Notes: generated by a model from the letters alone, not told the origin. Shown: positions 26,307 to 36,147, numbered from the stretch's first letter. The stretch: DNA of 64,000 nt from Planctomycetota bacterium (GCA_022703445.1 JAKLDR010000013.1:2599-66598), one strand, 5' to 3'. Program-made: numbers and translations.

Positions 26307-27317
26307 ATGAAGCTTTGGCGCAAGCTCGCCCTGGTCGCCGTGTGCCTGGCTCTGCCCGGCGCGGCGCTGGCCCACCTCTGCAACGACGTCTTCGCGCAGG
26401 CCAAGGACAACCTGGCCGTGAAGGTCGATGTTCGCGACGGGCAGCTGCGCATCGGCCAGGAGGCCACCTTCAAGGTCTATCTGCTGAACACCATGGACCG
26501 GGAGATCGAGACCATCGGCCTGGAGGTCCGCTCGCAGGAGTTCACCGCGACGGTCAAGCCCTCCGCCGACTGGAAGCAGTACCCGATGCTCCGGCCGGTC
26601 AACCCCAAGGCCCGGCAGGGCGGCGGCAAGAAGGAAAGCTTCGAGGTCACCCTGAAGCGCAACGCCGGCGTGGCCGACGGCAAGTACAAGATCGAGCTGT
26701 GCCTCTTCAACCCCAAGAACAAGTCGCAGGTCTTCAAGACCGTGGACCTGGACAGCGCCGCCGGCGTTCTCGAACTGCCCAAGGGCGCGGCCGTCAAGGT
26801 CGACGGCGCCGCCGAAGAGGCCGAGTGGGGCAAGGCCCCGCTCTGCACCGACCTGTACTCCTACGAGAGGACCGACCCGGCCAAGAACCGCGGCTACATG
26901 GTCAACAAGCCCTGCCAGGACCAGGCCCGCTTCCGCCTGTCCGTCGACGCCGAGAACCTCTACTGCCTGGCCCAGTTCGGGGGCGGCGCCGGGGCGGCCG
27001 GCGACGAGGTCGCCCTGTACGTCGCGCCGGGCGCCGACGCCAAGCCGGTGGCCGTGACCATCGACCGGGCGACCGGCAAGGCCTCCTGCGAGAAGGGCGC
27101 CGAGGGCATCGAGGTCAAGGCCGCCGCCGACAAGAGCGTCATCGAGTGCAAGATCCCGCTGGCGCTGGTGGGGCTCAAGGGCTCCAAGAGCTTCCTGGCC
27201 AACTTCACCCGCACCATCTCCTCGGCGGACGGCAACAAGGCCGTCGGCTACTGGCGCGGCAATCGCGAATCGCTCCTGGAGCCGGTCTTCTACGGGCAGT
27301 TCCGGCTGGCGGAGTAG
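26307..27317 (+). CDS. Secreted protein with CBM9/DOMON-like carbohydrate-binding C-terminal domain
   Basis: ORF 26121..27317, started at ATG 26307 (GGAGA upstream; MKLWRKLALVAVCLALPGAALA is a signal peptide). VKVDGAAEEAEWGKAPLCTDLY resembles the 'DG..D..W..A' opening of CBM9-like domains. The N-terminal half is Ig/NEW3-like (weak). Confidence 0.6.
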   Translation: MKLWRKLALVAVCLALPGAALAHLCNDVFAQAKDNLAVKVDVRDGQLRIGQEATFKVYLLNTMDREIETIGLEVRSQEFTATVKPSADWKQYPMLRPVNPKARQGGGKKESFEVTLKRNAGVADGKYKIELCLFNPKNKSQVFKTVDLDSAAGVLELPKGAAVKVDGAAEEAEWGKAPLCTDLYSYERTDPAKNRGYMVNKPCQDQARFRLSVDAENLYCLAQFGGGAGAAGDEVALYVAPGADAKPVAVTIDRATGKASCEKGAEGIEVKAAADKSVIECKIPLALVGLKGSKSFLANFTRTISSADGNKAVGYWRGNRESLLEPVFYGQFRLAE

Positions 27318-27392
27318 CCCGAGCGGCAACCGGCTGCTCCTCGAAGTCATGAAGGTCGAGCTCGGCCCGCCGGACTGACCGCCAATCCATCA

Positions 27393-29378
27393 GTGATGAG
27401 CTCCTTGAGACTTGTCGCCGCTGCGGTCCTTGCGATCTCCGGCCTCGCCGCGCCGATCACAGGAGGAGAACCGCCCATGCCCCAGCCCGCAGTCGAAGCC
27501 TCCGTGCCAGCCGCGGAGGTCAAGCCCGGGACGGTCATCCTTCGCCACACCGCCGCCGCGCCTGAGACGGTCAGCGGCTTCTACGTCCGACTGGCGAACT
27601 GCCTCGGGCCGGAGAAGGCGCCGGTCGTCGCCGCTCTCCGCGCCGGCGGGGAGCTCCGCGCCGAACGCGCAACCATCCCTGCCTTCCCCTTCCCGCTGAA
27701 GGACTACACCAAGACGGGCGGAGCCGCCCAGCCGCCGCTCGATGTCGGTCAGGAGTACCGCGTCGCCCTCTCGCCGCCGCTGGCGCTGGCGGCCGGCCAG
27801 ACCGTGACGGTCGAGATCGTCTCCGCCGGACCGATGGCCGGAGGCGTCACCGCGGGACTGCAGTTCCACGGCGCCTGGCCGCTGGCCGGAATGCGCCAGC
27901 CCTTCCGGGCGGTGCGCGGCGCCGGACCGGCGAGCCGCGTCGCCTGGTCGGAGCGCGAGGTCGTCTGCACCGGCAACCAGAAGAAGTTCGACCCGGAGTG
28001 CGCCCCGCAGAACAACTCCGGCATCATCGCCGACGAGGACGGTTCGCTCTACCAGTTCAGCTCCTTCTACTCGGTCGACGAGCAGTATGGCGGCGGCCGG
28101 GGCGGCTCCTTCGCCCGGCTCTACGGTTTCCGGAAGCGCCCGGGCGCGAAGGAGTGGGAGAAGCTCGGGCTGCTCGTCGACCCGACCAAGTCGGGCCTGA
28201 CCTACGCCGGCGACCCCTTCGCCTTCCGGGACCTGGAGGGCACCCCGCACCTCGCCTACACCACCGCCGACGGGACGAACGGCTTCAGCGACTGGAAGCT
28301 GATCGACGGCCGGCTGCTGCGCTCGCGGACCAGGAGCTTCGCCGGGCCGTGGGAGGAGGCCGGCGCGCTCTACGAGAAGTTCCCCCGCGGCGAGTCCGAC
28401 GACGGCCGGATGATCGGCATCCGCATCTACCCGCGGCCGGCGACGAAGGACTACGTGCTCCTCTGGCAGCACGGCGGCCGGGACATGCAGGTCCGCGGCG
28501 CGGTCATCGCCGACCTCAAGGCGCGGCTCTCCCACGAGCAGATCCGGAAGGCCGCGGTGCTCGCCCGCAACGAGGAGGAGGGCGGCGGCGGCTTCCAGCG
28601 CGGCGGCCAGGGGTACCTCTCCACCTGGCAGATCCCCTGGGTCAACGACCCCACGGCGCTGCAGCGGCTCTACGAGTTCGATCTGGCCGACGCGCTCAAT
28701 CCGGAGAAGTGGCGCGTCGTCCCCGGCTCCTGGGGCTGGAACGACGGCACCAACGCCGTCGAGGACGGCGGTTGCACCGCCGACGCCTGGTCGCTCTCGA
28801 TGGTCGGCGACGACCTCTGGGCCACCTCGGTGGTCTGGAGCGTGACCAACGGCAAGAACTCGATCCTGGCCTGCCGCGTCCCCTGGGAGCGGCGCGAGGG
28901 CGACGCCTTCCGCTGGGGCGTCACCCGGGTGCCGGCCTACCGGGAGGTCGTCCCGGTGGTCGAGTACGCGCTCGGCGAGCAGTGCAGCCTGGAGTTCGAG
29001 TTCACCGGGAAGGGCCGCGAGGCCTGGGGCTTCCTCTTCCTGGCACCCTCGGTCCGGCCGGGCGTGGGCGGCGCGGTGGGGCTGGAGCTCTCCGACAAGG
29101 GCGCGCGGCTGGCGGCCTACTCTGTCGACGGCAGACCCTCCGGGCTCACGCCGTACCGGGAGCCGAAGTGGGCGGAAGCCAAGGCCTTCAGGCTCAAGCT
29201 CCGGCGCGATGGTGCGGCCGTCACCGGCTGGGTCGACGGCGTCCAGCTCGGTCCGGTGACCATAGCCGATCCGGAGCAGCGCAGACTTCTGGCTGAGCCG
29301 CAGCGCTTCAAGCTCTACGGCTGGCAGGGCGGGCTCTACACGGTCCGCGATGCCGTCCTGACCGACGGCCCGGGGTAG
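27393..29378 (+). CDS. Secreted hypothetical protein (possible beta-propeller glycosidase-like core plus lectin/LamG-like C-terminus)
   Basis: 661 aa with signal peptide MMSSLRLVAAAVLAISGLAAP. The domain guesses rest only on general sequence character, with no diagnostic motif. Confidence 0.5.
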   Translation: MMSSLRLVAAAVLAISGLAAPITGGEPPMPQPAVEASVPAAEVKPGTVILRHTAAAPETVSGFYVRLANCLGPEKAPVVAALRAGGELRAERATIPAFPFPLKDYTKTGGAAQPPLDVGQEYRVALSPPLALAAGQTVTVEIVSAGPMAGGVTAGLQFHGAWPLAGMRQPFRAVRGAGPASRVAWSEREVVCTGNQKKFDPECAPQNNSGIIADEDGSLYQFSSFYSVDEQYGGGRGGSFARLYGFRKRPGAKEWEKLGLLVDPTKSGLTYAGDPFAFRDLEGTPHLAYTTADGTNGFSDWKLIDGRLLRSRTRSFAGPWEEAGALYEKFPRGESDDGRMIGIRIYPRPATKDYVLLWQHGGRDMQVRGAVIADLKARLSHEQIRKAAVLARNEEEGGGGFQRGGQGYLSTWQIPWVNDPTALQRLYEFDLADALNPEKWRVVPGSWGWNDGTNAVEDGGCTADAWSLSMVGDDLWATSVVWSVTNGKNSILACRVPWERREGDAFRWGVTRVPAYREVVPVVEYALGEQCSLEFEFTGKGREAWGFLFLAPSVRPGVGGAVGLELSDKGARLAAYSVDGRPSGLTPYREPKWAEAKAFRLKLRRDGAAVTGWVDGVQLGPVTIADPEQRRLLAEPQRFKLYGWQGGLYTVRDAVLTDGPG

Positions 29379-29390
29379 CGGCCGCCGTCC

Positions 29391-30275
29391 TCAGCCCCCG
29401 AACGCCCGGCTTTCGATGCGGTTCTTGCCGGCCTTCTTGGCTTCGTACATCAATTCGTCGGCCAGGCGCAGCATCTCCTCGACCGAGTTGGGCGGCAGGC
29501 GGAAGGCGGCCACGCCCAGGGTGAAGGTGATTGGCCAGCCCGCCTGCCCGGCGGCTTCCAGCAGCTTCTGGCGGATGCGGTCGGCCACCTCCCGGGCGGC
29601 CTCGAGGCTCGCCTCGGGAAGCAGGATGGCGAACTCGTCACCGCCGATCCGCGCATAGGCATCCGATCCGCGGAGGTTGGAGGCGATGGCCTCGGCGGTG
29701 CGGCGCAGCGCCGCGTCGCCGGCATCGTGCCCCTGGCGGTCGTTGAGCAGCTTGAAGTCGTCGATGTCCAGATAGGCCACGGAGAAGGGCCGGCCGTAGC
29801 GGCGCGCGCGGTCGAGCTCCGAGGCGGCCGCCTCGGCGAAGCAGTGGCGGTTGGGCGCTCCGGTGACCTGGTCGGTGCGGGCCAGCTCGCGCTCGCGCTC
29901 CAGCTCGGCGCGCAGCTTGGCCACCACCAGGCCCGCGGCCAGGAAGGTGACGGCCCGCATGCCCACGTTCCAGGCGCAGACGCGGGAGTCCAGGATCCAG
30001 AGCTTCCCCACCTCCTGGTCGCCGAAGATCCAGAGTCCCAGCGCCGCGGCGGCCAGCAGCCCCGCGCAGGTCCGGCCGCAGGTCCAGGCCACCAGGCAGA
30101 TGGGCACCAGATAGACGGCGTAGAACCGGATGCTGTCGTCGAAGCGCCGGTCAACCAGCCAAATGCCGACGACCAACGCGGCCCCGACCGCCAGCGCCAC
30201 CCATGGGCGGTCCAGGACGGAAGTGCGGGAGCCGGAACTGCCGAGCACTTCCCGAACCGACACCGGGTCCCTCAT
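29391..30275 (-). CDS. Membrane-anchored diguanylate cyclase (GGDEF)
   Basis: ORF 29391..30575, started at ATG 30275, which overlaps the upstream stop (ATGA). It has four hydrophobic helices, then DQVTGAPNRHCF..YLDIDDFKLLNDRQGHDAGD..RIGGDEFAILLP..ADELMYEAKKAGKNR. Confidence 0.9.
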   Translation of the reverse strand: MRDPVSVREVLGSSGSRTSVLDRPWVALAVGAALVVGIWLVDRRFDDSIRFYAVYLVPICLVAWTCGRTCAGLLAAAALGLWIFGDQEVGKLWILDSRVCAWNVGMRAVTFLAAGLVVAKLRAELERERELARTDQVTGAPNRHCFAEAAASELDRARRYGRPFSVAYLDIDDFKLLNDRQGHDAGDAALRRTAEAIASNLRGSDAYARIGGDEFAILLPEASLEAAREVADRIRQKLLEAAGQAGWPITFTLGVAAFRLPPNSVEEMLRLADELMYEAKKAGKNRIESRAFGG

Positions 30276-31426
30276 GGCCTGCCCTCCGAAGCCAGCCAGC
30301 GGTCGAGCCAGGCGAAGGCCTCGCGCTGCATGGGCCGGTCGAACTTGTGCGGCCCGGGGTAGAAAGAGCAGCGGTAGCGGCCGCCCGCACCGGCCTTGGC
30401 ATAGACCCCGCCGAGGATCCGGTCGGCGCGGCGCATCTCCGGCAGGGTGAAGAGCTGGTCCTGCTTGTCGTTCATGACCATGGTCGGAAGCGGCACGCGC
30501 AGCCCCAGGATCTCCGGCCAGTCCAGGTACTGCGGAAGCCTGGGGACGTAGATCATCCAGGTGTGGGTGTGGCACTTGTGGAGCAGGTAGTCGCGCCAGG
30601 TGGTCATCAGCCCCACGCAGACCGCGGCCTTGATGCGCGGGTCGAGCCCGCCGAGGAACACGGTGCGCATCCCGCCGCCGGAAAGCCCGGCGCAGCCCAC
30701 CCGGGCGGCGTCCACGTCCGGCCGGGAGCAGAGGTAGTCGAGCGCCCGGCGGTCCTCGCCGAGGAAGACGCCCGGCCAGGTGGTCCCGGCGCAGAACAGG
30801 CTCTTGGCCATGATGTGCTCGTGGCCGCCGGCCCAGGCGTTGTACTCATCGATCTCCCTGGCCGAGCGCGGGGAGGGCTCGCGGCGGTCGCCGACCAGGA
30901 CTTTGGCGACGTCCGCGTAGCGCACCCGGCGGCTGGCGAAGGGGAAGGCGTCGTGGGCCAGGACGGCGTAGCCGCGCCTGGCTATCTCGTTGGCCCAGGC
31001 CAGGCCGCCGTAGTACTGCCGCTGATGCTCGCGCATCAGCGGGTGCTGCCGCGGCGTCCGGGTGATCTTGCCCAGGCCGAAGTACTTCTTGCCGGCGTGG
31101 TCGTGGAGGGCGAGGATCGCCGGGAGCCGCCCGCGCGCCCCGGCCGGCTTCATGAAGACCGCGTCCGTCCGCGGCCCGTAGGGCAGTTGCCAGGAGAGTT
31201 CCTCGACGGCCAGGCCGTCGAACTCGTAGCGCTTCTCGACCCGGGCCCGGGGCTTCCAGGGGATCTCGGGCTCTCCGATCAGGTCGCGGGCCTTGGCCAG
31301 CGCCAGGCGCCGCCAGGCGGCCAGCCCCCTGGCCTTGAACTTCGGGTTGCGGAAGGACAGCTCCGCCGGCCCGTCGCCGAAGAGCTTCGCGGCCCAGGGA
31401 CCGTAGGCGCCTATCATGTTCCTCAT
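30272..31426 (-). CDS. Alpha/beta hydrolase (acetylxylan-esterase / dienelactone-hydrolase-like)
   Basis: ORF 30272..31747, started at ATG 31426, which overlaps the upstream stop. It has a GLSGGG nucleophile elbow and an ALHDHAG segment, and may be a paralogue of 23534..24586. Confidence 0.7.
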   Translation of the reverse strand: MRNMIGAYGPWAAKLFGDGPAELSFRNPKFKARGLAAWRRLALAKARDLIGEPEIPWKPRARVEKRYEFDGLAVEELSWQLPYGPRTDAVFMKPAGARGRLPAILALHDHAGKKYFGLGKITRTPRQHPLMREHQRQYYGGLAWANEIARRGYAVLAHDAFPFASRRVRYADVAKVLVGDRREPSPRSAREIDEYNAWAGGHEHIMAKSLFCAGTTWPGVFLGEDRRALDYLCSRPDVDAARVGCAGLSGGGMRTVFLGGLDPRIKAAVCVGLMTTWRDYLLHKCHTHTWMIYVPRLPQYLDWPEILGLRVPLPTMVMNDKQDQLFTLPEMRRADRILGGVYAKAGAGGRYRCSFYPGPHKFDRPMQREAFAWLDRWLASEGRP

Positions 31427-32688
31427 GCCTTGAGCCCCGCGAGCTCGAGGAAGTTCTGCGAGAAGAGCCGGTCGACGTCGCTGCGGACCTGCTCGCTGGT
31501 CACGACCCAGCCGGCGGCCAGCAGGTCGGCGTACTTGTCGGCCAGGACCTCGCCGATGACCATCCGCGAGTGGGTCCACTTGTAGATGAGCTGGTCGAGG
31601 ACCCGCGCGTCGGAGTGCTGCGGGATCATCGACAGGCCCAGCAGCTCGAGGCGCTCGGCGGTCATCTCCCGGATGATCGATGGGTCGTTCAGGAACCACC
31701 AGCAGCCGAAGGGCGTGAGGTTCCTGAACTTTCGCGCGGCGATGCACAGGGCGTGCTGGTTCTCGCGCGCGAGCAGGGTGATGAAGAAGCGCACGTCCGG
31801 CCAGTCGCGGCAGAGCCGCTCGACGGCCTCGACCTTCGACAGCCCCAGGCTATCGCCGGCAAGCTTCAGCTCCGGGTTGACGAGCTTCCTCACCCCGATC
31901 ATGAAGGCGGCCGGCAGTTTCCGCTCCCGCGCGAAAGGCAGGACGCACTCCGCCATGACCCTGCCGCGGGAGTTGGACTCTGGGTAGTCCAGGTCCGGCG
32001 GCAGCGAGGCGGCGAGGTAGGCCGGCTTCATGCGATCGGCCCAGTCGCCCAGGAAACGCTTGACCTCGAAGATGCCGCGGGCGTCGGGGCCGGCGGCGTC
32101 GCCGCCCCCCTTGTAGCCCATGGCGGCGAGCTTCTTCGCCACCGCCGGCCACTCGCCGAAGAGCGCATCGATGCGCAGCGCGGGGACGAAGCGGTCGTCG
32201 CGCGGCCCCTTGCCGGCCAGCCACATCTCGCGCTCGGCGTCGTCGAAGGGGTCGTTGGTCATGACCGCCCGGGTCACGCCGGCGAGCCTGAAGACCGCAT
32301 CGACGTGCTCCTCGGGGCTGCGCCTGGCCAGGAGCTTGCGGGTCTCGGCCAGCGCCTTCGGACCCGGCTTGACGCCCAGGGCCTCGATGCAGGTGACCAC
32401 CCCGCGGCATGCCTCGCTCACCGGCGAGCGCTTGACGAAGAGCTCGTCCCATATCAGCTCGGCCTGCGCCGGCTTGGGCATCTGCCAGAACTCGGCGCAG
32501 GTCAGCTCAGGCCGAGCCCGGAAGACCTCGGCCACCAGATAGTGGTAGGTCAGCAGTTCGTCGATGCCCCAGAGCAGCATCCCGCCGAAGCGCGGCTCGA
32601 AGAGGTGGGTGTGCATGTCCACGACGGCCGCGGAGTCGACGGCCTTCCGGACGGCGGCGCGGACGGCCTTCTCGGTGGTCAGGCGCAT
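31423..32688 (-). CDS. Glucuronate/uronate isomerase-like amidohydrolase-fold enzyme
   Basis: ORF 31423..32736, started at ATG 32688 (GGAGG 8 nt upstream). VDMHTHLF metal-binding N-terminus and a late FGCWWFLND motif, as I remember for UxaC-family proteins. Size ~420 aa. Confidence 0.6.
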   Translation of the reverse strand: MRLTTEKAVRAAVRKAVDSAAVVDMHTHLFEPRFGGMLLWGIDELLTYHYLVAEVFRARPELTCAEFWQMPKPAQAELIWDELFVKRSPVSEACRGVVTCIEALGVKPGPKALAETRKLLARRSPEEHVDAVFRLAGVTRAVMTNDPFDDAEREMWLAGKGPRDDRFVPALRIDALFGEWPAVAKKLAAMGYKGGGDAAGPDARGIFEVKRFLGDWADRMKPAYLAASLPPDLDYPESNSRGRVMAECVLPFARERKLPAAFMIGVRKLVNPELKLAGDSLGLSKVEAVERLCRDWPDVRFFITLLARENQHALCIAARKFRNLTPFGCWWFLNDPSIIREMTAERLELLGLSMIPQHSDARVLDQLIYKWTHSRMVIGEVLADKYADLLAAGWVVTSEQVRSDVDRLFSQNFLELAGLKA

Positions 32689-32829
32689 GAGCGAAAATCC
32701 TCCCCGGACCGGTGCGGCCCGGACCCCGGCAAGCATAGCGCCGGCCCGGGCTATTTCAAGAAGCCGGAGTGTTCCGTTCGCCCATGCGCACCTCCGACGC
32801 CAAGCCGTCGGAGGACGGCGGACCGGAGC

Positions 32830-33657
32830 TCAGCCGCAGCAGCAGCGCAGCTGGGTCTCGGCGGACTCCGCCTCGGCCTTCAGGGCGCGCATGCGCCGCT
32901 CGACCGCGGCGCGGTCGACGTGCAGCCCCGCCCCCCGTACGTGGACGGCCCGGAAGAGGTCGAGGAGCACGCCGCTCTCGCCTTTGAGGAAGTCCCGGCT
33001 GGGCGGCCAGCCCAGGAAGAAGACGGCCGGTGCGCCGTTGATCGGTATGGCGCGGGCCAGGTCCGGCCCAGGAGCGGCGGAGGCCTCGCGGACCACCCAG
33101 AGCTCGTGCGAGCGGCCGGCCAGCGACGCCCGGCCCAGCCTCCAGAGCCGGCCGGGGATGACGGCCTGAAGCGTGCCGAAGGCCCGCAGGCCCTCCTTGA
33201 GCGCCCTGGCCAGCGGCGTGAAATCCACGGCCCAGTGCTGCAGCCGCTGCGGCGAGACCTCCACCCGGCCCTTCTCCGGGCAGACGATGAAGTGGTGCAG
33301 CTCCCCGTCGCGGCCGGTCACGCTCTCGACCCATTCGGCGTGGTCAGTTTCGCAGGCCTGGCAGCCGACCGCCCGGGCGGGTTCGGCGGGAGCCAGGAAC
33401 CCCATCCTCCGCAGATCCTGCATGGTGGCTGGCGCGAGGCGGGCGGCCTCGTCGGCCACCAGGACGGGGGAGGGCACCTCCGCCCAGGTCCGCAGAAAGC
33501 GGGGGATCTCGCTCAGCATCGAGCCGCAGGACACATCGCAGCCCACCTGCGGAGCCCGCCTGGCCCTGCCCGTCCTGCGTTTGACCGGTTCGCTTCCGCC
33601 GAATGGCTGGAGGCGCAGCTGATAGACCATCAACCCTGGTGCAGCTTGCCTTCTCAT
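32830..33657 (-). CDS. Hypothetical protein (possible Cys/His metal-binding knuckle)
   Basis: 275-aa ORF with AAGGGGGG 5 nt upstream of ATG 33657 (alternative starts 33630 and 33519). Contains GCQACETDH...HHFIVC and ends in ...QLRCCCG. I recognise no family. Confidence 0.5.
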   Translation of the reverse strand: MRRQAAPGLMVYQLRLQPFGGSEPVKRRTGRARRAPQVGCDVSCGSMLSEIPRFLRTWAEVPSPVLVADEAARLAPATMQDLRRMGFLAPAEPARAVGCQACETDHAEWVESVTGRDGELHHFIVCPEKGRVEVSPQRLQHWAVDFTPLARALKEGLRAFGTLQAVIPGRLWRLGRASLAGRSHELWVVREASAAPGPDLARAIPINGAPAVFFLGWPPSRDFLKGESGVLLDLFRAVHVRGAGLHVDRAAVERRMRALKAEAESAETQLRCCCG

Positions 33658-33907
33658 CCGTCCCCCCTTTGTGGCATGTCGATGATATTATCGGCCCTCA
33701 GCAGCCACGTCCTGTCGCAAAATTGTGTATGGCGCCTGAAAAGACGCCAAGGGTTGCGTTACGTTTGCGAAACACGCCTTCTGCGCGGCTGCAAAAAGCG
33801 CATGTTTGACAGTTGGTGCGACTTAATGAAATCAGGCGCCGATCAAGTCGGAAGACGTGCATTCCGGTGCTTTGCGGAATGCCGTGTAGATACGGTTACG
33901 CCAAGTA

Positions 33908-34390
33908 TCAGTTGATCTGCCCGCGCAGCCTGGCAGCATAGTCGACCACGGCCAGTTCCTGCTCCTCGGTTTCGATGGAGAACGGCCTGAGCTCGCGCAC
34001 CCTGGCGATGGCCCGGCGCGGCTCCCAGCCCTGGCGCACCAGGTAGGATGCCGCCACTGTTCCGCTGCGGCCCAGCCCGGCTCCGCAGTGAACCAAGACC
34101 ATCCGGCCGGCCGCGTCCGCCTGGCGCACGATGAAATCCATGATCCTGTCGAGCTGGCCAGGCGTCGGCGCGGTGAAGTCCGGGATGGCCTCGTGCAGGT
34201 ACTCCATGCCCACGGCACGCACGGCGTCGACCTGGAGCGGCGAGGTGGTCAGCGACACGATCGCGCCGATCTGGTTCCCGCGCAGGAAAGCCAGGTCCTC
34301 CTCCAGCGTGCCGTAGAGACCCGGCCGGCTCATGACCGCGAGCTTCCCGGGCACTATCACCGTGAAGCTGCGGAGGCTGAAAGGTTTCAT
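33908..34390 (-). CDS. Dual-specificity (Cys-based) protein phosphatase
   Basis: ORF 33908..34774, started at ATG 34390, which overlaps the ligase stop (ATGA). HCX5R(S/T) P-loop VHCGAGLGRSGT. 160 aa. Confidence 0.8.
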   Translation of the reverse strand: MKPFSLRSFTVIVPGKLAVMSRPGLYGTLEEDLAFLRGNQIGAIVSLTTSPLQVDAVRAVGMEYLHEAIPDFTAPTPGQLDRIMDFIVRQADAAGRMVLVHCGAGLGRSGTVAASYLVRQGWEPRRAIARVRELRPFSIETEEQELAVVDYAARLRGQIN

Positions 34391-35853
34391 GACTGTCCTT
34401 CCGCGGCCATCTTCGCCAGGGCCTTCCGGTCGGCCTTGCCGGTCGGCCCCTTGGGCAGTTCCGCCAGCAGCACGAAGCGCCGCGGCACCTTGTAGCCGGC
34501 CAGTTCCCGGCGGCAGTGCGCGCGGAGGTCCTCGACGGCCGGCCCGTCGGCGCCGGGGCGGGGGACCACGAAGGCCACCACCTGCTCGCCGCGCTGCTCG
34601 TCGGGCGCACCCGCCACCCCGCACTCGGCCACCGCCGGATGACGGGCGACCGCCGCCTCGACCTCGGCGGGGTGGACGTTCTCGCCGCCGACAATGATCA
34701 GCTCCTTGATGCGCCCGGTCAAGGTCAGGAAACCGTCGGCGTCGAGCCGGCCGAGGTCCCCGGTACAGAGCCATCCGTCGGGGGTCAGCACCCGGCGGGT
34801 GGCCTCCGGCGCGCGGTGGTAGCCGCTCATGACGCTCGCGCCGCGGACCCGGACCTCGCCCTCGGCGCCGGCCGGCAGGGCCCCGCCCCCTTCGTCCGCG
34901 ATCCTGATCTCAAGGTGGGCCAGCGGCCGGCCGACCGTCCCCGGGCGGTTGGAGCCGGGCACGTTGAGCGCCACCACCGGCGAGCACTCGGTGAGCCCGT
35001 ACCCCTCGCAGATCGGCAGGCCGAAGACCGGCTCGAACTCCTCGCGCACCCGCGGCGTGAGCCGCTCGCCGCCGGAGACGATCAGGCGCAGCGCCGGCAG
35101 CGCGCGCGGCCGGGACTTCTGGGCCCGGGCCATGAGGCGGTACATCGAGGGCACGCCCACGATCACGCTCACGCCCTCGGCGGCGAGCTGTAGCGCCCCT
35201 TCGGGCGAGAAGCGGGCCATGGTCACGACCGAGGCGCCGATCAGGAGCGGCGCGATCATCGTGGTGGTCAGCGCGAAGGTGTGGAAGGGCGGCAGCGCCC
35301 CCAGGACGTGGTCCTCGGGACGGAAGCCGGCCGACTCGGCCGCGCCCAGGGCGTTGGCCGCCAGGTTCCGATGGGAGAGGCACACGCCCTTGGGCTCGCC
35401 GGTCGAGCCCGAAGTGTAGAGGATGACCGCCAGGTCGTCGTCGGAACGCTCCGCCGGCGGGTCCAGCGGCGCCCCGGCGGCGAGCAGCCTCTCGACGGCG
35501 AGATAGCGCGCGGCTCCGGCCGGCAACCGCTCCAGGCAGGCCTCGGAGGTGATCACCAGGTCGGCGCCGGAGTGATCCAGGACCGCGGCGAGTTCCTTGG
35601 GAGCCAGGAAGGTGTTGAGCGGCACGGCGGCGCGCCCGGCGGCCAGGACGCCGAAGAACCCGGCCACGAAGCCGGAGCAGTTAGGCAGGTAGATGCCCAC
35701 CGTCCCTCGGGCGGTGGCCGCCGCGACGTGCCCGGCGACCCGGCGCGCGGCGGCGGCCAGCTCCGTGTAGCTCCAAGCCCGTCCGCCGTCGATGACCGCG
35801 GTGCGCGCGGCGTTCTTCGCGGCGGAGTCGAGGAGGGCGCGGGCGAGGGGCAC
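34387..35853 (-). CDS. Acyl-CoA synthetase / fatty-acid AMP ligase (ANL superfamily)
   Basis: ORF 34387..36105. I start it at GTG 35853, 4 nt after the TAG of the upstream mini gene, because the upstream part of the ORF is W/R/G-rich junk overlapping that gene. Motifs: ILYTSGSTGEPKGV, EGYGLTE, TGDLGRLDADGFLTLTGRIKELI, and PKGPTGKADRKAL. Confidence 0.85.
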   Translation of the reverse strand: MPLARALLDSAAKNAARTAVIDGGRAWSYTELAAAARRVAGHVAAATARGTVGIYLPNCSGFVAGFFGVLAAGRAAVPLNTFLAPKELAAVLDHSGADLVITSEACLERLPAGAARYLAVERLLAAGAPLDPPAERSDDDLAVILYTSGSTGEPKGVCLSHRNLAANALGAAESAGFRPEDHVLGALPPFHTFALTTTMIAPLLIGASVVTMARFSPEGALQLAAEGVSVIVGVPSMYRLMARAQKSRPRALPALRLIVSGGERLTPRVREEFEPVFGLPICEGYGLTECSPVVALNVPGSNRPGTVGRPLAHLEIRIADEGGGALPAGAEGEVRVRGASVMSGYHRAPEATRRVLTPDGWLCTGDLGRLDADGFLTLTGRIKELIIVGGENVHPAEVEAAVARHPAVAECGVAGAPDEQRGEQVVAFVVPRPGADGPAVEDLRAHCRRELAGYKVPRRFVLLAELPKGPTGKADRKALAKMAAEGQS

Positions 35854-35857
35854 AGGC

Positions 35858-36130
35858 CTAGCCGCCCGAAAGTGACCGCGACCAGACGTGGCGCAGCACC
35901 GCAGTAGCCAGGAAGCCTGCCACCGCCACGCCCGCTCCCATGCAAATGCTGTTCGCGGACTTGCCCAGGAGTCTGGCCAGATGCTCCGGATCCGACGCCA
36001 GTCCGTGGGCATCCAGGTACCTCTGGGCCATCCACCGCCAGTACCCCCACCCAACCATGCCCATGAGCAGCCCCACCAACCACAGAGCCATCGGTGCCGC
36101 AGCAAGTCGAGCTCTGCTCAGAAGGGGCAT
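35858..36130 (-). CDS. Small membrane protein (two TM helices)
   Basis: ORF 35858..36223, started at ATG 36130, 17 nt after the pmbA stop. Hydrophobic segments MALWLVGLLMGMVGWGYW and ICMGAGVAVAGFLATAVL. Confidence 0.5.
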   Translation of the reverse strand: MPLLSRARLAAAPMALWLVGLLMGMVGWGYWRWMAQRYLDAHGLASDPEHLARLLGKSANSICMGAGVAVAGFLATAVLRHVWSRSLSGG

Positions 36131-36147
36131 CCGCTCACTCGCCAAGA

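Noticed and set aside
33859-33882. 8-bp hairpin GCATTCCG / CGGAATGC downstream of the phosphatase gene, as an intrinsic terminator
   Set aside because: On the minus strand it is not followed by a U-tract (ACGUCUUCC), so I do not list it as a terminator. It is noted only as part of the AT-richer spacer 33658..33907.
31570-33915. 781-aa plus-strand ORF opposite the isomerase-like gene and the hypothetical gene. The same pattern occurs at 36094..37536, 37566..39206, 48122..50215, 49639..51243 and 56206..58308
   Set aside because: These are shadow ORFs. They cross intergenic gaps and gene boundaries of the opposite strand, have low-complexity composition and carry no motifs.
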